A stretch of DNA of 64,000 nt, from assembly GCA_963422205.2 (NCBI GenBank), contig CAXMWX010000001.1, forward strand, positions 32,001 through 96,000, in the 5' to 3' direction. The translations under genes were made by a program, and so were the position numbers. Source of the stretch: Gammaproteobacteria bacterium. Its GTDB lineage: Bacteria > Pseudomonadota > Gammaproteobacteria > Eutrophobiales > Eutrophobiaceae. Below, piece after piece: positions 45,957 to 55,663 of the stretch; position 1 is the first letter of the stretch, and every line of letters begins with the position of its first letter. The notes below the pieces were generated by a model. The model had not been told where the DNA came from. It made no database searches and saw only the letters and a program-made list of their open reading frames with translations.

Positions 45957-46529
45957 CTATCCGATTTGGGCGTGCCGAAAACAGTCTGTGGTGTGGTCGT
46001 TGACCATGCCGGTTGCCTGCATGTGTGCATAGATAATCGTTGGCCCAACAAAGCTGAAGCCGCGTTTTTTCAGATCCCTGGCGATACTCTCTGACAGCGC
46101 CGTTTTTGCGGGGACTTCCTGTGGGGATGTCCACTGGTTTCGGATCGGTTTGTCATCGACAAACTGCCAGATATACCTGTTGAACGTACCAAACTCCTGG
46201 CGTATCTCGATGAACGCCCTGGCATTGGTGATGGCCGAGCGGAGCTTTAATTCATTCCGTATAATGCCGGGGTTTTGCAGCAATCGGGCAATTTTTTTAT
46301 CGGTATATTTTGCGATTTTATTAAAGTCAAAGCCATCCATTGCCTGACGATAAGCGGCCCGCTTCTTCAGCACGGTAAGCCAGCTCAAACCGGCCTGGGC
46401 ACCTTCCAGCAATAAAAATTCAAATTGCTTTTTATCGCTGTGCACCGGTACCCCCCACTCTCTGTCATGATAGTTTTCATAGACGCTGTCCTGGTGGCAC
46501 CACTGACAACGGGTTACCTGGTTCATCAT
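45957..46529 (-). CDS. tag: DNA-3-methyladenine glycosylase I
   Basis: RCQW, YHDREWG, LEGAQAGLSW, GMVNDHTTDC. Confidence 0.96.
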   Translation of the reverse strand: MMNQVTRCQWCHQDSVYENYHDREWGVPVHSDKKQFEFLLLEGAQAGLSWLTVLKKRAAYRQAMDGFDFNKIAKYTDKKIARLLQNPGIIRNELKLRSAITNARAFIEIRQEFGTFNRYIWQFVDDKPIRNQWTSPQEVPAKTALSESIARDLKKRGFSFVGPTIIYAHMQATGMVNDHTTDCFRHAQIG

Positions 46530-46698
46530 CCATCCCCCTGCTGGCGGGACTTGCCGTTGAGTTTACGTCAATACCTTAGCCCATTTATACCATGTTGATG
46601 TGGCGGAATAAAATGAATAATCCTTATGTTGATTAGGGCGGTAATGCGCTAAGATAGGCGCGGCTTTTATTCGGACATAACACCAACACGCAGACTCC

Positions 46699-48453
46699 AT
46701 GGAAAAACACATCCGCTTCGGCACGTATATCAAGGAAGCCAGCCGCCATCATATTTATCTCAGTTATAATGCCCTGATCCCCAGGTTGACGGCAGATGCC
46801 GCCGGCAATCCCCTGCGACAGCAGGCGGCAAAAGTGCGGTTTCGGCATATTGATATCTACCGCCTGATCATGCCTTATATCCGCCGCCGGCTGTGGGATC
46901 AGATCAAGGCCGTGTTGCCGCTGGCGGTGTATCTGGCCTTGTTCCAGCTTGTCATCTTGCGCCAGGGCGTGGCAGATTACGGGCTTATCACAGGCGGTTT
47001 GATCGCCGTCATCCTGGGTTTGATGCTGTTCATGGAAGGCTTGAAGGTTGGCCTGATGCCATTCGGCGAGAGGATCGGCGCCATCTTGCCGGGGCGCTGC
47101 AAATTACCGGCGGTGCTGATCATCATCTTTATGCTGGGCGTTGGCGTGACCTTTGCCGAGCCGGCCATCGGCGCATTACAGACTGCCGGGGCAATCGTCG
47201 ATGTGAGCTCTGCGCCTTATCTGTACATCCTGTTAAACGATTGGGCGGCGGTGCTGGTGACGGTTGTCGGGATTGGTGTCGGGCTGGCCGCCATCACCGG
47301 TACTTTACGATTTTTATATGGCTGGAGTTTGAAGCCGGTAATTTATGCGACCGTCATACCCACTGTCGGCCTTTCCGTGCATATCATGTTCGATCCTGAA
47401 CTGGCTAAAATGCTGGGGCTGGCCTGGGATTGTGGTGCGGTCACTACCGGCCCGGTCACTGTCCCCCTGGTGCTGGCCTTGGGTATCGGAATCGCTGCAA
47501 CTGCCGGTAAAGCGCATTCATCATTATCAGGCTTTGGCATCGTCACGCTGGCCTCTTTATTTCCCATTCTCGGCGTGCAGCTACTTGCATTGTTTTTATC
47601 AGTGTCCATGACACCGGCCGAGATAGTCGAAAACGTCACGTCCCTTGCGGGTGATGTCAGTCAGCTTGGCTGGTATCAAAAAACTCCCTGGAAGGAGACC
47701 TTGATGGGCTTGCGGGCGATCGTGCCGCTGATCCTGTTTTTATATCTGGTGCTGCGGCTGGTACTCGCCGAGCAAATCAAAAACCGCCTGCTGACGGCCT
47801 ACGGGATCAGTCTTTGCGTGCTGGGGATAATCATTTTTAATATTGGCCTGACGTATGGGCTGAACCATCTTGGTGGTCAGTCCGGTGGGCTGATACCGGC
47901 AGCATTTACCCATATTGAACTGATTGACAATTCACCATTGTACAGCTTCACGATGGGCTTGCTGATTGCCTTTATTTTTGCTTGGCTGCTTGGCTTTGGT
48001 GCGACCCTGGCCGAGCCAGCGCTGAACGCCTTGGGTTTGACCGTGGAGAACCTGACCAATGGGGCGTTTGCCAAGTCGCTGCTGATGTATGCTGTCTCTG
48101 TGGGTGTTGGCACAGGTATCGGGATCGGTATCATGAAGATCATCTTCACGATCCCGATCGCTTGGTTACTACTGCCAGGCTATGCCATCGCATTGGTATT
48201 GACGTATTTCTCTACCGAGGAGTTCGTCAATATTGCCTGGGACAGCGCAGGCGTGACCACCGGCCCGGTCACGGTGCCGCTGGTATTGGCGATGGGGCTG
48301 GGCTTCGGCGATGCCGTCGGGGCAGTGGAGGGCTTTGGTATTTTATCCATGGCATCCATCGGTCCGATCATCTCGGTGATGTGCACTGGCCTGTGGGTAC
48401 GCTGGAAGGTGGAACGGCGGCATAGAATGTCAGCAACAGAGGCCCTGGCATGA
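46699..48453 (+). CDS. Fused double-DUF1538 membrane protein (putative transporter)
   Basis: Two internal repeats, each with AEPA and AWD.(G/A).VTTGPVTVPLVLA.G...GFGI; many TM helices. Confidence 0.82.
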   Translation: MEKHIRFGTYIKEASRHHIYLSYNALIPRLTADAAGNPLRQQAAKVRFRHIDIYRLIMPYIRRRLWDQIKAVLPLAVYLALFQLVILRQGVADYGLITGGLIAVILGLMLFMEGLKVGLMPFGERIGAILPGRCKLPAVLIIIFMLGVGVTFAEPAIGALQTAGAIVDVSSAPYLYILLNDWAAVLVTVVGIGVGLAAITGTLRFLYGWSLKPVIYATVIPTVGLSVHIMFDPELAKMLGLAWDCGAVTTGPVTVPLVLALGIGIAATAGKAHSSLSGFGIVTLASLFPILGVQLLALFLSVSMTPAEIVENVTSLAGDVSQLGWYQKTPWKETLMGLRAIVPLILFLYLVLRLVLAEQIKNRLLTAYGISLCVLGIIIFNIGLTYGLNHLGGQSGGLIPAAFTHIELIDNSPLYSFTMGLLIAFIFAWLLGFGATLAEPALNALGLTVENLTNGAFAKSLLMYAVSVGVGTGIGIGIMKIIFTIPIAWLLLPGYAIALVLTYFSTEEFVNIAWDSAGVTTGPVTVPLVLAMGLGFGDAVGAVEGFGILSMASIGPIISVMCTGLWVRWKVERRHRMSATEALA

Positions 48454-48812
48454 GTCAACAAGACATTGTGGTATTAACCGATGTATCGTTGATCACCTGT
48501 ATTGTGCAACGGGGTCTGGCCGATGATATCGTCCATGCTGCACAGGAAGCGGGCGCACAGGGGGCCACCATCTACCATGCCCGGGGCATTGGCCTTGGCG
48601 AGCGGCTGGGGATCCTGGGGCTGGCTGTTGGGGTGGAGAAAGAGGTCATCAATATCGTCGTGGCGGCAGATCAGGTAAACCGAATATTTGATCGCATGTA
48701 TGTGGCCGGAAAACTGGATACCCCCGGCATGGGCTTTATGTATGTGACGCCCCTGGAAAAAGCAGGCACGTATATCCCCAGGGAAATTGCCGATAAATTA
48801 TTAAATCGTTGA
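48450..48812 (+). CDS. PII-like signal transduction protein
   Basis: LITCIVQRG...GAQGATIYHARG.G...EKEVI...PGMGFMYV; overlaps the DUF1538 stop. Confidence 0.85.
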   Translation: MSQQDIVVLTDVSLITCIVQRGLADDIVHAAQEAGAQGATIYHARGIGLGERLGILGLAVGVEKEVINIVVAADQVNRIFDRMYVAGKLDTPGMGFMYVTPLEKAGTYIPREIADKLLNR

Positions 48813-48832
48813 GGTGTTGGCGGCTGCCTGAT

Positions 48833-49171
48833 GTGAACACACATTCCAAATACAAACTCATCACCTGTATCCTGCCGCATGGCAGGGGTCATGCGGTGAT
48901 GGAACAACTGCAAGAGAAAAACATTTTCACCGCGGCGGTCAATTATGCCCGTGGCTGTGGCAAATTAACCCCGCGGGAATACCGGGGAGCGGGTGAGCAA
49001 ACGGAAAAAGAAATACTTGAAGTTCTCGTCCCGGCCGATGATGCCGCGGCGGTATTTAACTACCTGTATATCGCTGCTGATATAAACCGGCCTCATGGCG
49101 GCCTGATGTATATGGCGGCGCTGGGGCATGCAACCCCGTTTGTTCCCCCTGAGTTGCCGCTCCAGGACTAA
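48833..49171 (+). CDS. Second, divergent PII-like protein
   Basis: KLITCILP.G...YARG.G...EKEILEVLV...INRPHGGLMYM; start GTG 48833 (ORF track gives 48809). Confidence 0.75.
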   Translation: MNTHSKYKLITCILPHGRGHAVMEQLQEKNIFTAAVNYARGCGKLTPREYRGAGEQTEKEILEVLVPADDAAAVFNYLYIAADINRPHGGLMYMAALGHATPFVPPELPLQD

Positions 49172-50343
49172 GACGCAAGACGGCAATTCCCTTGCCTCCT
49201 GCGTATATACCGCTGATCCAGCGCCTGTACCGAGCGACACCCCAGCAGCATAAGCGCCTGCTTGATTTCCTGTTTCAGGATAGCCAGTGCCCGGTCGACA
49301 CCTTGCTCCCCACCAGCCCCCAGACCATACAGATAAGCCCGGCCGATCATAACGGCCCTGGCGCCCAGACACAGGGCTTTCACCACATCGGTGCCTCTTC
49401 TGATACCCCCATCCAGTATCACCTCGGCCTTGTTCCCCACAGCCGCAACAATTTCCGGCAGGATGCCGATGGGCGTTGCCGCATGATCCAGCTGCCGCCC
49501 GCCATGGTTGGAGACGATGATCGTCTTGATGCCTGACGCCACCGCCCGGCGGGCATCATCGGGGTTGAGAATGCCCTTGATGGCAAAGGGCCCCTGCCAT
49601 TGCGCCTGCATCCAGCGGACATCATCCCAGGTAAGGCTCGGATCAAACTGTGAACGGGTATACTGGATCACCGAAAACAAGGCTTCGCTGACATCCGCAT
49701 GTTCGCGGATATTCGCCAGCGCCATCTTCGGTGTCGTGAGGAGGTGCCAGAGCCAGTGCGGGCATCGCAAGGCATCAACAATATTGCGCGGCCCGATCCG
49801 CGGGGGTACGGTAAACCCATTCCTAAGATCACGCTCTCGCTGGCCGGCAGTGGCAAAGTCCACCGTCAGGCACAGCGAGGTATAACCGGCCTCCTTGCAG
49901 CGCTGAATAAATTTTTCTACCAGCTCTCTCTCCCGCCAGACATAGATTTGAAAACAGACCGGGCCACTCGTCTGTGCGGCGAGTTCTTCAATCGAGTATG
50001 TTGCCATTGACGACAGGCTGTAGATCGTCCCCGCCCGATGCGCTGCCCGGGCAACCGCTATCTCGCCCTGGTGATGGAACAGCCGCGACATGCCGGTTGG
50101 TGCCATCATCACGGGCAAGGCGATATCCGTGTTCAGCACCCGGGTCTGCAAGGCGACATCGGCCACATCGACCAGAGAATGCGGCAGGAATTCATAATCA
50201 TTAAAATCATCATGATTACGCCGTAACGTGACCTCATCCCCCGCCGCCCCGTCCAGATAATCAAACACGGCCTGCGGCAAGCGCCGCTTTGCCAGCCGGC
50301 GCAAATCGTCAATATTCAGACAGTGTTCCAATCCTGCTCGCAT
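49168..50343 (-). CDS. FMN-dependent alpha-hydroxy acid dehydrogenase (LldD-like)
   Basis: FDYLDG, APTG, LTVD, SNHGGRQLD, DGGIRRGTD. Confidence 0.93.
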   Translation of the reverse strand: MRAGLEHCLNIDDLRRLAKRRLPQAVFDYLDGAAGDEVTLRRNHDDFNDYEFLPHSLVDVADVALQTRVLNTDIALPVMMAPTGMSRLFHHQGEIAVARAAHRAGTIYSLSSMATYSIEELAAQTSGPVCFQIYVWRERELVEKFIQRCKEAGYTSLCLTVDFATAGQRERDLRNGFTVPPRIGPRNIVDALRCPHWLWHLLTTPKMALANIREHADVSEALFSVIQYTRSQFDPSLTWDDVRWMQAQWQGPFAIKGILNPDDARRAVASGIKTIIVSNHGGRQLDHAATPIGILPEIVAAVGNKAEVILDGGIRRGTDVVKALCLGARAVMIGRAYLYGLGAGGEQGVDRALAILKQEIKQALMLLGCRSVQALDQRYIRRRQGNCRLAS

Positions 50344-50345
50344 GA

Positions 50346-50657
50346 TTAGAAAATTTTCACCCGGCCAGCCAGTATATCCTTAAACATCACCCAATCGCCG
50401 ATCAGGCTGTATAGAGGATAGGTAAACGTGGCGGGCTTGTTTTTCTGAAAAAAGAAATGCCCGGCCCAGGCGCAGCCGTAACCCACCACAGGCAGCAGCA
50501 ACAAGTAGAGGTAGCTGACGGTCAAGAGGCTCACGCCGAGCAGCAGCAAGACCAGAAGTGAGCCGAGAAAATGCAGTCGCCGACAATTTATGTCGCTGTG
50601 TTCGTTAAGATAAAACGGGTAAAATTCGCTGAACGAGGCGTAATTTTTGTCAGTCAT
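50346..50657 (-). CDS. DUF962/Mpo1-like membrane protein
   Basis: FSEFYPFYLNEHS...RRLH...GHFFFQKNKPATF.YP.YSL.GD; start moved to 50657. Confidence 0.88.
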   Translation of the reverse strand: MTDKNYASFSEFYPFYLNEHSDINCRRLHFLGSLLVLLLLGVSLLTVSYLYLLLLPVVGYGCAWAGHFFFQKNKPATFTYPLYSLIGDWVMFKDILAGRVKIF

Positions 50658-50679
50658 CACGGATACGCCGATGTGGGTG

Positions 50680-51753
50680 TTACGAGGGCGCAGGTATGGG
50701 CGTACCTTTACGCAGCAGCAACTCCCGCAGCTGGATAATGACTGGAAAGATCTCCTGGTTCCAGTCCGCCCCCTGCTGGTCAAAGGCCGTTTGCTCCATT
50801 TCCACCACCCATCTGTCTTCGGCAAAGATCCCTTCGGTAAACCAGATGACGAACGGCCACAGCACTTGCATCAGGCCGGGCATGTTTGGTTTGCGGATAT
50901 TCATCAGGCCAAAGGTATGGTTGATGCGTTGCGATTTGTCCACCGGCACATAGGTGATCCATAAATCCAGCGCTGGCTCGGTGCTGCCGGCCGTCCAGAA
51001 TTTAAGCCGCTGGTGCGGGTAATGCGTACTGACGGTCATCAAGTCTTTGGGCCGTCCTGCCGTTGGCGGCGGGCGCCGGCCCAGCATCACCTTCTCGCCG
51101 ATGGGCTGCCTGCCAGTGCGCGAAAACGTATAATCGACCTCCACCCAGTCGCGGCCTTCTCGCAAATCCAAAAAAGCCGTTTGAATCTTCGACATGATGC
51201 CGCGGTGCAGAAACTGATGATTCATGTCCATCAGGTTCTCGTGCAAAAACGAATAATGACAGGCCACCTGTCGATCCAGGTAGCGCGTCTTGTAGTGCTT
51301 GTCATGCCAGGACGGGACATCGGGAAAGGCAGCGGACGCCGACAGCCCCTGATCGCCCGGAAAAATAAAGATCAGGCCGTACTCTTCCCGGCAGGCATAG
51401 GCGCAGACGCCGCGCGGCATGGTCTCGCTCTTGCCCACATAGGGGATGTTGATGCACCTGCCGGTGTGATCATACACCCAGCCGTGGTAGCAGCATTGTA
51501 TGTTCTCGCCGCACACCACGCCTTCTGATAACGGCACCTGCCGGTGGGCGCAGCGATCTTCCAGTGCGAACACCTGGCCTGTCTTTGTGCGTACCAGCAC
51601 GATGGGCTCGCCAGCGAAGCGGCGGCTGATCGCCTTGCCCGGCGTTAAGTCTTTGCTGCGGGCTAATGGATACCAGTGATCCGGGTGTGCGCCTGTTTTA
51701 CGAAGATCACGGCTCACCGCACTGGCGGCGTCCTGCGGCGGGTTGGCTGACAT
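50680..51753 (-). CDS. Rieske non-heme iron oxygenase alpha subunit
   Basis: Rieske motif CAH...CCYH; mononuclear Fe motif ENLMDMNHQFLH. Confidence 0.92.
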   Translation of the reverse strand: MSANPPQDAASAVSRDLRKTGAHPDHWYPLARSKDLTPGKAISRRFAGEPIVLVRTKTGQVFALEDRCAHRQVPLSEGVVCGENIQCCYHGWVYDHTGRCINIPYVGKSETMPRGVCAYACREEYGLIFIFPGDQGLSASAAFPDVPSWHDKHYKTRYLDRQVACHYSFLHENLMDMNHQFLHRGIMSKIQTAFLDLREGRDWVEVDYTFSRTGRQPIGEKVMLGRRPPPTAGRPKDLMTVSTHYPHQRLKFWTAGSTEPALDLWITYVPVDKSQRINHTFGLMNIRKPNMPGLMQVLWPFVIWFTEGIFAEDRWVVEMEQTAFDQQGADWNQEIFPVIIQLRELLLRKGTPIPAPS

Positions 51754-51816
51754 GACGATGCTCTCGTTACATAAAGATGGCGGTCATGTTAGCAGAATAT
51801 GCTGACCATGCCAGGA

Positions 51817-52725
51817 TCATTGTATCAGGCTGGCATGTATCAGTGACAGCATCGTCTCCGGGTTGACAAACCCGCCGCCATGACTTTGATCATAATCATC
51901 GGCATTGGGTTTCAAGGCGATGATCTCCTCAAGCGATTTGCCCGCATCGATTAGCTGTTGCACCCGCTGCTTCAGGGTCTTGAGCATCGCAAGGTAGGCT
52001 TGCAACTCGGCCCGGTCACCGACCGGGCCATGACCGGGGATGATTATGCTGCTCTCATCGGCCATAGCGATCACCTGCTCCACCGCCGCTATCATGCCAT
52101 CGATCGAGCCACCGCTGCCAACATCAATAAACGGGTAGAGGCCATTAAACCAGATATCGCCGGTATGAATGACATTCGCCCTGGTGAAATGGGCCACACC
52201 ATCGCCGTCCGTGTGTGCATTTTTATGATGCAGGACATGCACGACATCGCCATTGAGATGAAACGTCAGGCGATCGTTGAACGTAATCACCGGCAAGGCG
52301 ACCGGCGGTGCGGCCTTGACCTCCCAGCCAAACGGCTTGATCACATGATCCTCTGCCATGCGCCGGCGTACATTATCATGGGCGATAATGAGCGCCCCCT
52401 GCCTGCCAAGATTTTCATTCCCGCCAGTATGATCAAAATGCCAATGGGTGTTGATGACATAGCTGATCGGCGCTGTCGATATTTTTTTTATCGCCGCCAT
52501 GATCTTTGTGGTCAAGGGCGCAAACTGATCATCGATCAGAAAAACACCATCCTCCCCCACCGAGGCGCCGATATTGCCGCCCTCGCCGTACAAGACATAG
52601 AGAGTATCGGCCAGCTTCTCGGTGGTTATCTCTACCTTGGCGAAGTGGTCCTCACCCTTGGCGCCGGCCAGCGATACCCAGCTAATCATCAATAGCAAAA
52701 CCATAGATCTGTAAAAACGCATCAT
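51817..52725 (-). CDS. Exported metallo-beta-lactamase-fold hydrolase
   Basis: Signal peptide, NTHWHFDHTGGN, AHTDGD, HTGD, IPGHG. Confidence 0.9.
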   Translation of the reverse strand: MMRFYRSMVLLLMISWVSLAGAKGEDHFAKVEITTEKLADTLYVLYGEGGNIGASVGEDGVFLIDDQFAPLTTKIMAAIKKISTAPISYVINTHWHFDHTGGNENLGRQGALIIAHDNVRRRMAEDHVIKPFGWEVKAAPPVALPVITFNDRLTFHLNGDVVHVLHHKNAHTDGDGVAHFTRANVIHTGDIWFNGLYPFIDVGSGGSIDGMIAAVEQVIAMADESSIIIPGHGPVGDRAELQAYLAMLKTLKQRVQQLIDAGKSLEEIIALKPNADDYDQSHGGGFVNPETMLSLIHASLIQ

Positions 52726-52881
52726 TATTTCCTCTCAATCTGAAGATAAAATTTGGAACTGATATATTACAACGCATGCACCCGATTTGTAAGGGTAACG
52801 CTTGCCGAAGACAGATGTGGATGTATCGCTTCCTCCGATCATCAGGCAAGGATGATAAACTCATGGGCGTGCAGGGTTTTT

Positions 52882-53194
52882 TTATGGCTTATCCGCATAT
52901 TTGATGGTCAATTCATCTTCAAGGCCAAAAAGCTGCAAGGCTCGTTTTATGTTCTGGAATTTGGTCTTGTTATCAGAATGCGCTTCAATGAAATAAGCCT
53001 TATCTAGCTTAACAGCTTGCCTGTATTGTGAATATCATTCTGAATTTTGGTCAATTTGATTTTCTCTGCCAGGCCGCCCCTGGTGTTGGCTGTCAGATTG
53101 GCTTGTTGTTTGGCAATGACCTCATCGGCCTTCGAATGCACAGTGAATGACACGGCCATCGTGACCACGGCAAATAAAAGGTGTATTTTTTCAT
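52882..53194 (-). pseudogene. Frameshifted remnant of an exported protein gene, possibly chimeric
   Basis: AGGAG RBS and ATG 53194; restoring one A in the A6 run gives MKKIHLLFAVVTMAVSFTVHSKADEVIAKQQANLTANTRG...; further shifts downstream. Confidence 0.45.
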
Positions 53195-53317
53195 GGCTTC
53201 TCCTGCTGCAAATATGACGTTATCTTGATCGTTTTGAATTGAGTAAACTTCTGGCATACACACCTCGGCCAGCACCGCCCGTCATTATCCGCCCCGGTGA
53301 TCATGATGCGATGATTT

Positions 53318-53340
53318 TATAGTATTATAATGCAAGTTAC
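53318..53340 (+). promoter_or_regulatory. Shared operator copy 2, overlapping -10-like hexamers
   Basis: AGTATTATAATGCAAGTTAC at 53321-53340 (reverse complement GTAACTTGCATTATAATACT, 16/20 to copy 1); TATAGT and TATAAT overlap it. Confidence 0.6.
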
Positions 53341-53348
53341 TCTATCCC

Positions 53349-54896
53349 ATGGATGTAGAAATGCACCGCTATTATCTCATTGCCCTTGCGCTGCTCTGTC
53401 TTGTTTTGCATAAGGCAAACAGCGCCGTCACAGATTGCCAACTGGCGCCTGTGGCCGGCATCGGCCAGCTTGAAGTTACCGCCGTTGCATCGCCAGCCCT
53501 GCCCGCATTTTGCCAGGTCAAAGGCGTGCTGGAAGGGCGCATACGCTTTGAGGCCCGTCTGCCGCTTGAAGGCTGGAACGGCAAGTTCCTGATGGCCGGT
53601 TGTGGCGGGTTTTGCGGCAGCCTGCTGCCCGACAAGCCGGGCTTCTCCAACAGCATCAACGAAGCGTTGAAAATGGGTTATGCTGCCATCGCCCATGACG
53701 GCGGCCACCGCGGCGCCAGCCACGACACCGCATGGGCTTATCATGACCGCCAGGCATTAGAGATATGGGCACACCGGATACTGCCCATCGTTGCCCGCAA
53801 CGGCAAGGCCATCGTGACGGCGTTTTATGGCCGCCCGCCTGCGCTGTCCTATTTTTCCGGTTGCTCTAACGGCGGTCGCCTGGGGCTGATGGCGGCACAA
53901 CGCTACCCGCAGTTGTTTGACGGCATCCTCGCCGGCGCTCCTGTCTTTGATTTGTCCGGCAATGCTGGCATCTACGCCGCCTGGAAGGCACAGCAGCTAT
54001 ACCGGGCCGATGGGACACTGCGCCTGGGGCAGGAAAAAATTCCCTTGCTGAAATCTTACGTGCTGAGGCAATGCGATGGCCTGGATGGGTTGGCCGATGG
54101 CATCATCGCCGCGCCCGGGCGGTGCCAGGTCGATCTGTCTACCTTGCGCTGTCGGCCCGGCGTACCCGCCGATGATTGCTTGTCTGGTGGACAAATCACG
54201 CTGTTGAACAGGCTGTATCACGGGGTAAGTGATAGCAAAGGCGAGCGCCTGTACCCCGGCATATCCTATGGCTCGGAACATTACTTCGCCACCTGGATCA
54301 TCGGCAAGCCGGGGCAACCGGCCTGGGGTACGCTGGCCGGGCAGGGCTACCTTAATCTGGTCAATGAGATGGCGCCTGATCAGCACTATGCCATGCACCG
54401 TTTCGATGTCGATAAAGACCCTGAGTTGTTAAGAGAACACCCGCTGGCGGCGATGATGGATGCCACCAGCACGGATCTGTCGGCCCTGGTGGGCGCAGGA
54501 ACAAAATTGATTATCTGGCACGGCTGGTCAGACCCGCTGATCCTGCCCAAACGCACCGTGGATTACTACGAGGCCATCGCCCGCAAGCTGGGCGGCATGG
54601 GCAGGGCCAGGGAGCGTGTGCGCCTGTTTCTGCTGCCGGGGCATGGACACTGCTGGCGCCAAGCCGCCGAGGCGCCGGATCAGTTTAATCCGATCCAGCT
54701 ACTGGCAGATTGGGTTGAATCCGGCAGCGCCCCATCGCAATTTATCGCCCACCAGCAAGATGCCGCCGGGAACACCCTGCGCTCACGGCCGATATGCGCC
54801 TATCCCGCCGTAGCGCGATATCAAGGCACAGGCGATATGAATGATGCCGCCAGTTTTGTTTGTGAAATCAACGGCAATTCATCATTGGCAAAGTAG
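53349..54896 (+). CDS. Tannase/feruloyl esterase family alpha/beta hydrolase, exported
   Basis: WNGKF, GCSNGG nucleophile, CDGLDGLADGII, HGWSDP, PGHGHC; signal peptide. Confidence 0.93.
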   Translation: MDVEMHRYYLIALALLCLVLHKANSAVTDCQLAPVAGIGQLEVTAVASPALPAFCQVKGVLEGRIRFEARLPLEGWNGKFLMAGCGGFCGSLLPDKPGFSNSINEALKMGYAAIAHDGGHRGASHDTAWAYHDRQALEIWAHRILPIVARNGKAIVTAFYGRPPALSYFSGCSNGGRLGLMAAQRYPQLFDGILAGAPVFDLSGNAGIYAAWKAQQLYRADGTLRLGQEKIPLLKSYVLRQCDGLDGLADGIIAAPGRCQVDLSTLRCRPGVPADDCLSGGQITLLNRLYHGVSDSKGERLYPGISYGSEHYFATWIIGKPGQPAWGTLAGQGYLNLVNEMAPDQHYAMHRFDVDKDPELLREHPLAAMMDATSTDLSALVGAGTKLIIWHGWSDPLILPKRTVDYYEAIARKLGGMGRARERVRLFLLPGHGHCWRQAAEAPDQFNPIQLLADWVESGSAPSQFIAHQQDAAGNTLRSRPICAYPAVARYQGTGDMNDAASFVCEINGNSSLAK

Positions 54897-54964
54897 CTCT
54901 TGAGTATCAAAATCTGATTGGCTAACATGTATACCATTATTGGCAATTAATTTGAGTTAAATGG

Positions 54965-55663
54965 ATGACCGGGCACTTATTAGATAAGAAAAAAATTACT
55001 GGCTATACAATCTATAACGCTGAACAGCATCGCAGAACAGTTAAAAATAATTTGCCAGATTGCTACCCTGCTCTTCCTCAGAAAAGATATGATGTAATTT
55101 ATGCAGATCCTCCGTGGGATTACGGTGGCAAGATGCAGTTTGATAAAAGCAGCAAATCTATTGATAAAATCGATCTAAGTAAAAATATTTTCATTAGTGC
55201 AGCAAATTTTAAGTACCCGACGATTAAAATTAAAGATCTAAAAAATATCCCTGTCTATGAAATTGCCAAAAGTAATTGCCTCCTGTTTATGTGGGTAACG
55301 AATCCACATCTTGCACAAGGAATTGAATTAGGCCAGGCATGGGGGTTTGAATATAAGACTGTTGCTTTTGTATGGGACAAGATGGTGCATAATCCTGGTC
55401 AATATACATTGTCGTATTGTGAACTATGCTTATTGTTTAAAAGAGGGAAAATACCATCCCCCAGGGGTGCTAGGAACATTAAGCAACTTGTACGTGTAAA
55501 ACGAACACATCACAGTGAAAAACCACTTCTTGTGCGAGAAGGTATTGAAAAAATGTTCCCTACACAAGAAAAAATAGAACTATTCTCAAGAAGTAAACCG
55601 AAAAACTGGGATGTTTGGGGACTAGATGTAGAAAAAATTTATAAAAGTGAAAAAATTATCTAA
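54965..55663 (+). CDS. MT-A70-family N6-adenine methyltransferase (M.MunI-like)
   Basis: YADPPW, LLFMWVT, WGFEYKT, HSEKP, IELFSR; AT-rich; convergent with the REase. Confidence 0.9.
   Translation: MTGHLLDKKKITGYTIYNAEQHRRTVKNNLPDCYPALPQKRYDVIYADPPWDYGGKMQFDKSSKSIDKIDLSKNIFISAANFKYPTIKIKDLKNIPVYEIAKSNCLLFMWVTNPHLAQGIELGQAWGFEYKTVAFVWDKMVHNPGQYTLSYCELCLLFKRGKIPSPRGARNIKQLVRVKRTHHSEKPLLVREGIEKMFPTQEKIELFSRSKPKNWDVWGLDVEKIYKSEKII

Noticed and set aside
47420-48300. Repeated DNA ACCGGCCCGGTCAC
   Set aside because: It reflects the internal duplication of the DUF1538 domain (TGPVT) at the protein level.
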